DNA of 41,777 nt from an uncultured Anaerolineaceae bacterium (GTDB lineage Bacteria > Chloroflexota > Anaerolineae > Anaerolineales > E44-bin32). The DNA lies in the NCBI GenBank assembly GCA_964569445.1, contig CAZMVJ010000002.1, positions 1 through 41,777 on the forward strand, in the 5' to 3' direction. Below are positions 27,784 through 37,387 of this stretch, in pieces (position 1 is the stretch's first letter; every line of letters begins with the position of its first letter). The position numbers were made by a program, and so were the translations under genes. A model generated the notes under the pieces. The model saw only the letters and a list, made by a program, of their open reading frames with translations. It had not been told where the DNA came from and did no database searches.

Positions 27784-29445
27784 CTATCCCGCACAGCAAC
27801 TCAGCTTGGTGATGTCTTTCTCGAACGCCAGGGCAGCCAGCTTGAGGCCCTCGGCATTGGTCAAATAGGGGAACATCGTCTCGCGTAAGTCGCCGAGACG
27901 GATCCCAAATCGCATCGCCAAGACGGCCGTCTGGATCGTCTCCCCGGCTTCGGGGGCGAGGATGTGCGCCCCGATCAGATGATCGGTTTGGGCGTCCGCG
28001 ATCAGTTTCACCATCCCGCGTGTGTCGCGCGCCGCCTGGGCGCGAGGCACATGCGCCATCGTCACCACGCTCGCCCGCACGTCACGTCCCTGCGCCCGGG
28101 CCTCCGCCTCGGTGAGGCCCGCCGAGGCCACCTGGGGATCGGTAAACGTGATCCGGGGGATATAGCTGGCGTCGTAGACCTTCCCGGCGCCGGTCAGGGC
28201 ATTGTCGGCGGCCAACTTCCCTCCGTAAGAGGCAACATACACGAACATGTCACGGCCCATCACATCGCCGGCGGCGTAGACGAGCGGATTGTGCGTCTGG
28301 AGGAGATCGTTCACCAAGATCTCGCCTCGCGGACCGAGGCGGACACCGGCCTCCTCCAGCCCCATGCCGGCGGTGTTCGCCCGCCGGCCGGTGGCGACCA
28401 GGAGCTGTTCCGCATCGAAGACGACCTCCGCCTCGTTCTTGAGGCCACGCAGCTCGTAGCGGCCGTCCCGCCGCACGACGCTTTCCGTCTTGAACCCCGC
28501 AACGATCCGTATCCCCTCGCCTTCGAGATACCCGGTCAGCGCCGCGCTAATTTCCTCGTCCTCAAAGGGCAAGATGCGTGGGAGGACCTCCAGCACCGTC
28601 ACATAGGTCCCCGCTCGCGCGTAGGTCTGCGCCAGTTCGAGCCCAACGGCATTTCCCCCCAGGACGATCATCGACTTCGGCAGCTCTCTGAGCTCAAGCG
28701 CCGAGGTGCTGTCCAGATAGCCAGCCTCGGCCAACCCTGGAATGGGCGGCGCCCACGGCTGGGCGCCGGTGGCGACGACGATCTTGCCTGGCGCGTAGGC
28801 TCGCCCGTCGACCTCGACCCCGTTTCCTCCGGTGAGGCGGGCGCGCCCCTCGATGTAGCTGATCTCGGGGTAAGCCGATAGGACGTCGATGTACTTCTCC
28901 TGGCGCATCTCGTTGACCAGTTCGTCCTTGTGGGCGATGACCTCGGGCCACGAAATCCGCCCTGGAACTGTGTGAACGCCACGAAAGCGGGCCTGACCCG
29001 CCCCATGCAACGTTTCCACTGCGCGGATGAGAGTCTTCGACGGAATGCACCCCACATTGACGCAGGTGCCGCCGATGATCCCGGAGCCCACCAGGGCCAC
29101 GCGTTTCCCGAGCTCCGCCCCCTTGATCGCCGCGGCGAAGCCGGCCGACCCCGCGCCAAGGATCATGAGGTCGTAGCGGTCATCGCCTGAAGGTGCTCGG
29201 TCTGGAGCTTGGGGGATCGCCTTGCGGGAACGCACACCGACGGTGTATCCACTCCCCTTCACGGCCGCCGCCAGTTCGTCCCCCTTCACCTGGCCCTCCG
29301 CCACAACGGTTGCGCGCCCGGACTTCCATCCGGGCACGGACACCTCTTTGACGCCGGCGACTTTGGCCAGGGCTTTCTCGACATGCAACGCGCATGAGTC
29401 GCACGTCATTCCGTGCACGTCCAGCTCGAACGTCTCCGATTCCAT
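27784..29445 (-). CDS. merA: Mercuric reductase with an N-terminal HMA (NmerA) domain.
   Basis: GMTCDSC metal-binding domain. Redox-active GGTCVNVGCIPSK. FAD and NAD folds. The hallmark C-terminal Cys pair KLSCCAG. Confidence 0.9.
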   Translation of the reverse strand: MESETFELDVHGMTCDSCALHVEKALAKVAGVKEVSVPGWKSGRATVVAEGQVKGDELAAAVKGSGYTVGVRSRKAIPQAPDRAPSGDDRYDLMILGAGSAGFAAAIKGAELGKRVALVGSGIIGGTCVNVGCIPSKTLIRAVETLHGAGQARFRGVHTVPGRISWPEVIAHKDELVNEMRQEKYIDVLSAYPEISYIEGRARLTGGNGVEVDGRAYAPGKIVVATGAQPWAPPIPGLAEAGYLDSTSALELRELPKSMIVLGGNAVGLELAQTYARAGTYVTVLEVLPRILPFEDEEISAALTGYLEGEGIRIVAGFKTESVVRRDGRYELRGLKNEAEVVFDAEQLLVATGRRANTAGMGLEEAGVRLGPRGEILVNDLLQTHNPLVYAAGDVMGRDMFVYVASYGGKLAADNALTGAGKVYDASYIPRITFTDPQVASAGLTEAEARAQGRDVRASVVTMAHVPRAQAARDTRGMVKLIADAQTDHLIGAHILAPEAGETIQTAVLAMRFGIRLGDLRETMFPYLTNAEGLKLAALAFEKDITKLSCCAG

Positions 29446-29474
29446 TACCCACCACCTTAGCTGATAATTCGGCG

Positions 29475-29499
29475 TATCCCCATCCCCCCCATGGGCATA
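29475..29499 (-). promoter_or_regulatory. CsoR/RcnR-type operator candidate: an inverted repeat flanking a C7/G7 tract.
   Basis: Plus strand TATCCCCAT-CCCCCCC-ATGGGCATA (arms match 8 of 9). It lies between the -10 element and the merA start. Confidence 0.55.
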
Positions 29500-29502
29500 T
29501 CC

Positions 29503-29530
29503 ATTTTACCAGCGTAGGCGCCCTTGTCAA
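29503..29530 (-). promoter_or_regulatory. Sigma-70-type promoter for the merA operon.
   Basis: The minus strand reads TTGACA (29530-29525), a 16-nt spacer ending in TGG, then TAAAAT (29508-29503). This gives an extended -10 of the TGnTAAAAT type. Confidence 0.6.
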
Positions 29531-29831
29531 GCCGGAGGGTCCATTGCCTGGCAGCCCCAAGAGCCGGGTTATCCACACCCGGACGGGTTTCTCGGCTAGG
29601 GGAGAACGCCCGCGTCCTGCCGAACCAGACGACAATGCCAGGGCCGCCGGGGTGGGCGTCGCGCCATCGTAGGCCGCCGTCACTCTTCCTCTTCCGCAAC
29701 CGCTTCACATCATTGGACGGCGTCAAGGCGCGGTTTCTTTCGGGACGTTCGCCCGCAGTCTCCCCCGGGCCAAAGGTGACCCGCCGAGGGTCTCTCTGCT
29801 CGAAGTCGCGGGGGACGGGTTGGGCCGGGTC

Positions 29832-30170
29832 TTACCGGCTCAGTGGTTCGAGGGTTTCCGCCGACTCGTCGACAAGAAGCCGAAAATGCTGCGCGAACCG
29901 ATAGGCACCGTCATCAACAAGGTAACGGGCATAGGACACCGCGACGGCCCTCAGCTCGTTATCCGTCGACCGATTCGCCCGACGGGCCCGCAGCATCAGC
30001 TCGTCGAGGCCCGCCTCAATCCGGACATCGAACATCGGCCGGTGCGTGCCGGCCTGCCGGGCCGTAAGCATGTAGAGCGACCGGGTCGCACCCGTTCCCA
30101 TCAGCGCCAGGGACAACTCCGCGTCGCCGTACGTTTCGGCGTAATCGCAACCCGAGAAGAAGCAGGACAT
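29832..30170 (-). CDS. Hypothetical 112-aa protein (N-terminal C-x4-C, helical C-terminal half).
   Basis: Strong SD GGAGG 5 nt upstream. High third-position GC. MSCFFSGCDYAE.... No family was recognised. Confidence 0.55.
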   Translation of the reverse strand: MSCFFSGCDYAETYGDAELSLALMGTGATRSLYMLTARQAGTHRPMFDVRIEAGLDELMLRARRANRSTDNELRAVAVSYARYLVDDGAYRFAQHFRLLVDESAETLEPLSR

Positions 30171-30255
30171 GCTGACCTCCGCTGGAATACCCCCGGACCC
30201 GCCCCGCCTAGATCTCGTAAGACGACCTTGGTTATGAATCCTCGCCCGCCGGACC

Positions 30256-32190
30256 TCACGCCACCTTGCGCAGGTAATCCCGAATCATGAGCGCCGCCGT
30301 GGCGCCCTCCCCTGCCGCCGAGGCTGCCTGCTTGGTGGATCCAGCGCGGACGTCCCCCACGGCGAACAGTCCTGGCAGAGAGCTCATCAGGCGAGCATCG
30401 GTGATGACGAACCCCATCGGATCGAGCTCGGCCCTGCCTCGCGCCAGGTCGTTGTTCGGCGAAAGGCCGATAAAGACAAAGACACCGTCGTAGTGCCACT
30501 CCTTGGTCTTCCCCGTCGCGCGGTCTTCCACGACGACCGCCTCCAGCCGGTTGCGGCCTTTGAAGGCCTTGACCGCATGATTGACGAACACCGACATCTC
30601 CGGCCTCTTGGCGACCTGCTCCTGCAGGAAGGCGCTCGCCTGGACGGTCGGGCCGAACTCGACGATGTCCACCTTGCGGGCGAACTTGGTAAGCATGAGG
30701 CCTTCCTGGAAGCCGCTGTTGCCTCCGCCGATCACGAGGACTTCTTTGCCTTTGTAGAAGGCGCCGTCGCACGTCGCACAGAAGTGGATATTCAGCCCCA
30801 CGAGATCATCCTCCCCGGGGACTCCCAGCTTGCGATAGCGAGCTCCGGTGGCAAGCAACGCAACCCTGGTCTGGAACAGGTCGCCCTTCCCGGTCGTCAC
30901 GCACAGGTACGGGCCGTCCGGGGAGATGTCGGCGACCTGCTGCGTTTGAAGGATCTCCACGCCGAAGCGACGGGCCTGGTGCGCCAGCCGCTCACCGAAC
31001 TCCACGCCGCCGACCCCTTCGTCGAATCCTGGGAAGTTGTCGATCCGCTGCGTGGCCCCCGCCTGGCCGCCCAGCCCTGCCTTCTCGATGACCAGGGCGT
31101 CGAGCCCTTCGCGCGCCAGGTACAAGGCGGCCGTCAAGCCCGCCGGTCCGGCGCCGATGACGACCGCGTCATAGAAACTCCGCTGAGCCTTCGTCTGCAG
31201 GCCGAGCTTCTCGGCCAGCTGGGCATTGCTTGGCTCGACCAGGATGTCGCCATCGGGAAAAACGATGGTCGGAATGCTCCGCATGCCGCGGTTGATCGCC
31301 TCCACGCGTGCCATCGCCTCGGGGTCCTGTTCGATGTCGATGTTCGTGTAGGATACGCGTTGCTCCCCGAGGAACCGCTTGGCGCGCTTGCAGTCCGGGC
31401 ACCAGGTCGTGCTATAGACGATGATCTCCTTTGGGGCCATGCCGCTCTGCTCGGTCATCCTCCCGCGCTCCTGCGAATCCGCCAAGCGGATGATGGAACC
31501 GCTGGCGAAAGGATTCCCGACTTCGATGCCGAGATCTCGATAGACCTCGTGGGGAATGCCGATGTCCGCCAGGTATATCTCTCCTACATGGGCGGCTGCC
31601 TGCGGAGCCCGCAGGCCTGTCTTCGGAAGCGCCAGGGTCAGCGTGGCGGTGGCGTGGACGCAAGGCTTCGACGGGATGCCGGTCGTCGCATCCAGGCCGG
31701 AGGGCAGGTCGAGGGCGAGGACGGGGCAACCTTGGCTGTTCGCCCATTCGATCCAGCGCGCCGCCCTCGGGCGCGGCCTCCCGCGGAAACCGTATCCGAA
31801 GATGACATCGATCACCATGTCGGGCCTTCCAGATCCGGGGCCGCCCTTCGGGCGCACGGCAAGGCCAAGCCGCCTCAGGATCCGCCACTGTCGCTTGGGG
31901 ACGGCCTTCAAGGCAGCTTCCGAGCCGGTCAACACCACCTGAACCCGGGCGCCCCAGGCATAGAGGTTGCGCGCCGCCACCATCCCGCCGCCTCCGTTGT
32001 TTCCGGTTCCGCACAGGACCACGATCTCCCGCCCCTCGACGGAACCCCCCGACATCTCTCTCGCCAGGGTGGCCAGGTTCCGGCCAGCGAGCTCCATCAT
32101 CTGGATCAGTCCAATCCCATAACCTTGGATTGCACGCCGATCGACCTGCGCCATCTGAGCCGCCGTCACTGCCGGAATAGGAGCGGTCAT
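30256..32190 (-). CDS. Three-domain fusion: YjeF_N NAD(P)HX epimerase + glutaredoxin/NrdH-like domain + thioredoxin reductase.
   Basis: aa 1-240: VVLCGTGNNGGGG and DVIFGYGF (YjeF_N). About aa 255-335: IIVYSTTWCPDCKRAKRFL (CPxC Trx fold). About aa 340-644: VVIGAGPAGLTAALY, redox CATCDG, VIGGGNSGFQEG, GLFAVGD (TrxB). Confidence 0.85.
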   Translation of the reverse strand: MTAPIPAVTAAQMAQVDRRAIQGYGIGLIQMMELAGRNLATLAREMSGGSVEGREIVVLCGTGNNGGGGMVAARNLYAWGARVQVVLTGSEAALKAVPKRQWRILRRLGLAVRPKGGPGSGRPDMVIDVIFGYGFRGRPRPRAARWIEWANSQGCPVLALDLPSGLDATTGIPSKPCVHATATLTLALPKTGLRAPQAAAHVGEIYLADIGIPHEVYRDLGIEVGNPFASGSIIRLADSQERGRMTEQSGMAPKEIIVYSTTWCPDCKRAKRFLGEQRVSYTNIDIEQDPEAMARVEAINRGMRSIPTIVFPDGDILVEPSNAQLAEKLGLQTKAQRSFYDAVVIGAGPAGLTAALYLAREGLDALVIEKAGLGGQAGATQRIDNFPGFDEGVGGVEFGERLAHQARRFGVEILQTQQVADISPDGPYLCVTTGKGDLFQTRVALLATGARYRKLGVPGEDDLVGLNIHFCATCDGAFYKGKEVLVIGGGNSGFQEGLMLTKFARKVDIVEFGPTVQASAFLQEQVAKRPEMSVFVNHAVKAFKGRNRLEAVVVEDRATGKTKEWHYDGVFVFIGLSPNNDLARGRAELDPMGFVITDARLMSSLPGLFAVGDVRAGSTKQAASAAGEGATAALMIRDYLRKVA

Positions 32191-32284
32191 CCGACTTGGT
32201 CCTCGGCTGCCGGTGAGAGGAGGGGCCGAGTCGAATTCACCCTCGGCCCCTCCGGTCGGCTCATCGCCAAGACTGCGCCCAACC

Positions 32285-32770
32285 CTACGCGCGTGCCACG
32301 ACGAAGTAGTTGACGACGCCCAGCGCCGCGCCCCACATCATGTGTCCGACGAAGAACACGCCACTATTGAGGTTGAGCATGACGGGATTGATCAAGGGCA
32401 GCACGATGTACCACATGGCGATGAAGATGGCGACGCCGTAGACGAGCCCGCCCACGATCTGCCGGCCGAGCGAAGGGAGGCGCGGTCCGATCAGAAAAGC
32501 GAAAACCAAACCGAAGATGACAGAGTTCATCATATGGCCCATCAGGCCCAGCCCGATCCCTGCCAGGTCAAACGACGCAGGGGAGCCAGCGCCTTGAAGA
32601 CCTCGCAGGAGCGTGGCGGCGATGTAGATCGGCGGCGACCACAGCCCGGCGCCAACGATCGCTTCCATGATCATCTGCCACATCCCCAGCACCAGACTCG
32701 CGACAAGGCCGGGGACGAGTACCCGCCAGGTGAACGAGGGTCGGGAAATGGAAACGGCGGTAGTTGTCAT
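32285..32770 (-). CDS. Four-TM membrane protein of unknown function.
   Basis: Start MTTTAVSI with the SD GGAGAG upstream. Four hydrophobic helices, Met/His-containing (GLMGHMMNS, FFVGHMMWG). Confidence 0.6.
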   Translation of the reverse strand: MTTTAVSISRPSFTWRVLVPGLVASLVLGMWQMIMEAIVGAGLWSPPIYIAATLLRGLQGAGSPASFDLAGIGLGLMGHMMNSVIFGLVFAFLIGPRLPSLGRQIVGGLVYGVAIFIAMWYIVLPLINPVMLNLNSGVFFVGHMMWGAALGVVNYFVVARA

Positions 32771-32845
32771 CGTTCTCTCCATTGTCAGAGTGGGTCCCCG
32801 GCTTGCTTCGTCCGAGGACGAGACAGTTTCAACGCAGCCCAAGGA

Positions 32846-33199
32846 TCAAGCGGCACGCGCCGCTGTGGCCTCCCGCGAGACGATCTCCTCCAGGTTGTGG
32901 AGGATGTGGGGCTTCGGCGCGAACCCGACGATGCGCCCGGCCTCCTTGCCCTGGGAGAACACGATCAGGGTGGGGATTCCCTCGACGCCGTACCGGACGG
33001 AGAGGTCCGAGTTCTCATCGACATTCACCTTGGCGAAGGACATTCGGCCCTCCAGCTCTCCCGCGAGCTGATCCAGGACCGGCGCCATCATGTGGCACGG
33101 GCCGCACCACTCGGCCCAGAAATCCACCACCACGGGCTGGGCCGCCTGAAGCACCTGATTCTCGAAATCCTTTGTCGATACATGCAAAGGGGTTGCCAT
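32846..33199 (-). CDS. trxA: Thioredoxin.
   Basis: VVVDFWAEWCGPCHMMAP and GIPTLIVF. Confidence 0.95.
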   Translation of the reverse strand: MATPLHVSTKDFENQVLQAAQPVVVDFWAEWCGPCHMMAPVLDQLAGELEGRMSFAKVNVDENSDLSVRYGVEGIPTLIVFSQGKEAGRIVGFAPKPHILHNLEEIVSREATAARAA

Positions 33200-33355
33200 T
33201 TGTTTCCTTTCTCCTTGTCGCTCTGTGCTGTTTGACGGGGTTGGTCAGCGGAGTCTTACCAAGGCGACGCGCTCCCACTCACAAAACCTGGGTCGTTGAT
33301 CCAGGCGACAGCTACCCTGATCGGTTCCGGCCTGGAGGGTCGGAGGCTCGCGGCG

Positions 33356-34183
33356 CTACGCGGGAGACCCGTAGACTTCGATCTCGACCGCACCTGTGTT
33401 CCCCCCGCTCGTCTCGACGGCTGAGAAACGCAGACGCCGGGTCGTGAAATCGGTGTCGAAGGTGTAGATCTGTGCGGCGCCCGAAAGCTCAAAGGGGCCG
33501 AATTCCTCCCCCTGGTCGGTCGTGATTCGGAACGACAGGATTTGAGCGGAACTCCCCATGGTCCGCGTCCAGAAGCCGACGCGCTCGACATGCGTCGGCG
33601 CAGCCAGCTCGATCTCGATCCAGGCGTCATCCCCATCTCCGTGTGAGGACCATTGCGTAGAGAGATCGCCGTCGATGGCTCGGATCGCCGCAAAGGCGCC
33701 CTCGGACGCTTCGCCATACTCGCTGCTTACGCCGACGATCCGCGCTGTAGCGGCCAGGTTAGCCGGCCCGGAAGCTCCGGCTGCTGGCAACGTCCGGAAG
33801 GTGAACTCCTCGCCACGGTAGAGTGTTCCGTCCGGCCCGACGCCCTGCAGCCGGAGGTAATACACCGTGTCCGGCGCCAGACCGACGAGGGCCGGGTGAT
33901 GCTCCGCATGCCCACTGCCGGCCATATCGGTGTCGGTCGCCAGCGACCCATATTCATGAGTCGTGCCGTAGGCGACGGCGCAAGCTACAGGGAGTCGGGT
34001 CGTCGCGGTGACAGTGGCCGAGGTGGCTCCGGCCTCGATCTGGGGCGCATCCACGAGGATCTCCGCGATCGGCCGGAGTACCGCCTCCGAGTCGCCCGGC
34101 GAAGACAGCCGGCCGCACGCGCCAAGCAACAGCACTGGCGCGGCCAGCGCGGCGAGGGCAATGGAGGGTAGCCGTCTTGTCAT
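33356..34183 (-). CDS. Lipoprotein with an FN3-like domain and an F5/8 type C (discoidin) domain.
   Basis: Start MTRRLPSI with the SD AAGGAG upstream. Lipobox LLGAC. AIDGDLSTQWSSHGDGDDAWIEIEL is typical of discoidin domains. Confidence 0.7.
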   Translation of the reverse strand: MTRRLPSIALAALAAPVLLLGACGRLSSPGDSEAVLRPIAEILVDAPQIEAGATSATVTATTRLPVACAVAYGTTHEYGSLATDTDMAGSGHAEHHPALVGLAPDTVYYLRLQGVGPDGTLYRGEEFTFRTLPAAGASGPANLAATARIVGVSSEYGEASEGAFAAIRAIDGDLSTQWSSHGDGDDAWIEIELAAPTHVERVGFWTRTMGSSAQILSFRITTDQGEEFGPFELSGAAQIYTFDTDFTTRRLRFSAVETSGGNTGAVEIEVYGSPA

Positions 34184-34202
34184 GGATCCGTCTCCTTCTG
34201 CA

Positions 34203-34235
34203 AGTGCGCTCCCGGGAACCGCCCGGGAGCGCACT
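34203..34235 (-). other. 14-bp perfect intercistronic stem-loop between folE and the lipoprotein gene.
   Basis: AGTGCGCTCCCGGG (34203-34216) and CCCGGGAGCGCACT (34222-34235) with a 5-nt loop. No U-tract. Confidence 0.6.
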
Positions 34236-34251
34236 GGACTTGGAAGGGGCC

Positions 34252-34908
34252 TCACTTCCCCAGCAGACGATAGAACTCCTCGCGCAGGCCCCGGTCCTGT
34301 CGGAAGGTCCCTCGTTGGGCGGTCGTAGTCATGTTCATGCCGTGCTTCTTGACGCCCCGCAGGGCGGCACAACTATGCTGCCCTTCCAGGATCACCATCA
34401 CGCCGGCCGGGGCGATGGCCTTCTCTAGTGCATTGGCGATCTCATTCGTGAGTCGCTCCTGCACCTGAAGGCGATGGGCGAACATGTCCACGATCCGCGG
34501 GATCTTGCTCAGCCCGATGACTCGATCCTTCGGGATGTAGGCGACATGCGCCTTGCCGGTGAACGGGAGCATGTGGTGCTCGCACATCGAGACGTACTCG
34601 ATATCCGAAGTCATCACCATCTCGCCGGCTCCGTACTCCACCTCAAAGCGCGCGCCGTTCACAATCGTGTCGAGGTCCTGAAAATAGCCACCAAGCAGCT
34701 CGCCATACATCTTGGCCACGCGGCGCGGCGTCTCCCGCAGCCCGTCGCGCGTGGGGTCTTCCCCCAGACACGCCAGGATCTGCGAGACGGCCTCCTGCAT
34801 TCCAGTGTCCGGGTCCATGATTGCCGGAAGACCGGGCTCGGGGTGGGCACCCGCGCTGGTCGTGATCGCCCGCTCGCCGGGTAGAGGGTTCCTCGTGTGG
34901 GTGTCCAT
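34252..34908 (-). CDS. folE: GTP cyclohydrolase I.
   Basis: [11 protein letters not shown]...[10 protein letters not shown]...[10 protein letters not shown]...RLQVQERLT...EGQHSC motifs. Start chosen at MDTHTRNP. Confidence 0.9.
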   Translation of the reverse strand: MDTHTRNPLPGERAITTSAGAHPEPGLPAIMDPDTGMQEAVSQILACLGEDPTRDGLRETPRRVAKMYGELLGGYFQDLDTIVNGARFEVEYGAGEMVMTSDIEYVSMCEHHMLPFTGKAHVAYIPKDRVIGLSKIPRIVDMFAHRLQVQERLTNEIANALEKAIAPAGVMVILEGQHSCAALRGVKKHGMNMTTTAQRGTFRQDRGLREEFYRLLGK

Positions 34909-35117
34909 GGTCGACTGTCCTCTGGTCAGCGGATCTCCATGGGAGCGCCGCTTGGGATGCGTTCCTCGGTCATTGATGCGGCGACGACCGCAGTCCTTAC
35001 GCCCCTCACGGACCCCATCCACAGGATCTGACACCCTGGCGGACACGGTGGTGCGCAGAAGGGGCGCCGCCCACCACGGCCGGAGTGCTAGAATGACCCG
35101 GAAGCGAGCATCAACGA

Positions 35118-35804
35118 ATGGCGCCGTCGAGATCGCGCGACAACGCGGAGTGGCTTGCGGAGCTTGGATCGAGCGGGGAGGCCCAGGAGACGGCGCTGGC
35201 CGACCTCCGGGCAACTCTGGTCTCGGGACTGCAACGCGGCCTGACGGCATGGCTTGACCCGGGTTCGCCACAACTGGAAGCCCTCGCCGAGGAGGCCTCG
35301 CAGGAGGCGCTGGTCCGCGTTCTTGCCCGGCTCGATTCCTTCGAAGGCCGCAGCCGATTTACGACCTGGGCCTACAAGGTGGCCATTCGCATCGCGCTGA
35401 CCGAGCTGCGACGCAAGCAGTGGCAGGACGTGTCGCTGGACCAGATGCTCGCCTCGGGAACAGATGAAGACCGGGAGGTGGCCGTCGTCGACCCCGGCCT
35501 CGGTCCGGAGGCGTCCGTCGAGCAGCGGGATATGCTCCAGCGGATCGGCGGGATTCTTCGTGAAGAGCTCACCGAACGTCAGTTTGCCGTGATGCAGGCA
35601 GTCGCCTTGCGGGGCGTGCCGATGGAGGCCTTGGCGCAGAAGCTGGGCGTCGAGCGCAACGCCCTGTACAAGATGATGCACGACGCAAGGCTGAAGCTCA
35701 AGCGGCGCTTGGCCCGGGAGGGCCTGGACCTGGCCGACGTCATGGCGACTTTCGAGGGAAGTAATACTCCCGGGAGTCGCGTCGTCAAAGGGGAGAGCAG
35801 CTAG
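35118..35804 (+). CDS. Sigma-70 family (ECF-like) sigma factor.
   Basis: Region 2 [34 protein letters not shown]. Region 4 [45 protein letters not shown]. Confidence 0.85.
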   Translation: MAPSRSRDNAEWLAELGSSGEAQETALADLRATLVSGLQRGLTAWLDPGSPQLEALAEEASQEALVRVLARLDSFEGRSRFTTWAYKVAIRIALTELRRKQWQDVSLDQMLASGTDEDREVAVVDPGLGPEASVEQRDMLQRIGGILREELTERQFAVMQAVALRGVPMEALAQKLGVERNALYKMMHDARLKLKRRLAREGLDLADVMATFEGSNTPGSRVVKGESS

Positions 35805-35805
35805 G

Positions 35806-36099
35806 ATGTCAGGCCTGAGAGATCGCCTCCGTAGTTGGCTATTGGGCGGCCGGCGCAGGCCGTTCGCCGTCTCACCGTCGTCGCTGGCCGTCCTGGGCCC
35901 ACAGATCGCAATGACGGAGGCGGTCGAGTACGATTGCGGCGCCGTCTATCGGCTCCTCGACCAGTTCGCCGAGGCCGTTCTGCGCGGCGAAGACAGTGCC
36001 CCCTGGATGCCTCTGATCCGCTCCCACCTTGAGCGCTGCCCCGACTGCCGGGCGGAGTTCGAGGCGCTGATGCGGACATTGCGGACTGCCGAGGCGTAA
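35806..36099 (+). CDS. zf-HC2 putative anti-sigma factor.
   Basis: SHLERCPDCRAEF (H-x3-C-x2-C). It starts 2 nt after the sigma stop. An alternative start is MTEAVEY. Confidence 0.6.
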   Translation: MSGLRDRLRSWLLGGRRRPFAVSPSSLAVLGPQIAMTEAVEYDCGAVYRLLDQFAEAVLRGEDSAPWMPLIRSHLERCPDCRAEFEALMRTLRTAEA

Positions 36100-36162
36100 G
36101 ATCTTCTCCCCTGCCAGCGTCTGATTACGCAGAACGGTCGCCAGCCTAACCGGACATCCAGG

Positions 36163-37368
36163 ATGATTCCTTCGCCCGCCCTCACCGCCACCGTCGTTGG
36201 CTCGCTTGTGCTCGCCGCCTGCGCCGCGGCACAAGGGACGTCGAGCGAGACTCCGTCGCCGCCTGCGACTCCTGCGGCCAACACAGCGGTCGCCTTCGCC
36301 ACTTCGACGCGTGAGGCCCCGCCCCCCTCCGGCGCGGAGGCCGAGTTCATCACCGATTTCAGCCGCCACACGATCGACTACGCCGAAATCCTCTCCGGTG
36401 GTCCGCCCAAGGATGGGATTCCGGCCGTGGACGACCCGCAATTCATCTCCGTCGAGGAAGCCGGCGGCTGGCTTCAGGCGCAGGAACCTGTGATCTTCTT
36501 GCGGCTCGGCGATGATGCGCGCGCCTACCCGCTGCAGATCCTGATCTGGCACGAGATCGTCAACGATGTCGTCGATGGCCGGCCGGTCCTGGTCACGTTC
36601 TGTCCCCTGTGCAACACGGCCATCGCCTTCGAGAGAACCGTGGACGGGCGCGTGCTCGACTTCGGCACGACCGGACGCCTGCGCTACAGCAACCTGATCA
36701 TGTACGATCGCCAGACCGAGACCTGGTGGCAGCAGGCCAACGGCGAGGCGATCGCCGGGGAGCTGACAGGCACCCGGCTCGAGTTCCTTCCGGCCGCCAT
36801 TATCTCGTGGGGGGTTTTCCAGGAGGCCTACCCGGAGGGACGGGTCCTGTCGACCGAGACCGGAACCGTCCGTGCGTACGGGCAGAATCCCTACGTCGGC
36901 TACGACGATGTCAGCAATTCACCCTTCCTCTACCGCGGGCCGGAAACACCAGGCCAGCTCCGTCCGATGACACGCGTCCTCGCCATAGAGCGTAACGGGG
37001 ATGTCGTCGCCTTCCCCTACGGCACGCTGGAAGAGCTGCATGTCGTCAATGAGTCGGTCGGCGACGAGGATGTCGTCGTGTTGTGGGAGACGGGGACGGC
37101 CTCGGCGCTCGATTCCAGCGGGATCGCCTTCGGCCGGGATGTGGGGTCGGCCAATGCGTTTTCCCGGCTGGTCGACGGCGACAGCCTGACCTTTGCCTTC
37201 GATGGATCGGACTTTGTCGACGAGGGGACGGGCAGTCGATGGACCATCTTGGGCGAGGCAACCGACGGGCCGCTGGCCGGTCGGCGGCTTGACCCAATCG
37301 TCGCCGTCAACCATTTCTGGTTCTCCTGGGTGGCCTTCCAGCCCGAGACACGGGTCTACCTGCCCTGA
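36163..37368 (+). CDS. DUF3179-family lipoprotein.
   Basis: Lipobox LVLAAC. GGPPKDGIPAVDDP...AYPLQILIWHEIVND...VTFCPLCNTAIAFER...YSNLIMYDRQTETWWQQ. Confidence 0.8.
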   Translation: MIPSPALTATVVGSLVLAACAAAQGTSSETPSPPATPAANTAVAFATSTREAPPPSGAEAEFITDFSRHTIDYAEILSGGPPKDGIPAVDDPQFISVEEAGGWLQAQEPVIFLRLGDDARAYPLQILIWHEIVNDVVDGRPVLVTFCPLCNTAIAFERTVDGRVLDFGTTGRLRYSNLIMYDRQTETWWQQANGEAIAGELTGTRLEFLPAAIISWGVFQEAYPEGRVLSTETGTVRAYGQNPYVGYDDVSNSPFLYRGPETPGQLRPMTRVLAIERNGDVVAFPYGTLEELHVVNESVGDEDVVVLWETGTASALDSSGIAFGRDVGSANAFSRLVDGDSLTFAFDGSDFVDEGTGSRWTILGEATDGPLAGRRLDPIVAVNHFWFSWVAFQPETRVYLP

Positions 37369-37387
37369 ACGGCCGTACCCCTGCCTC

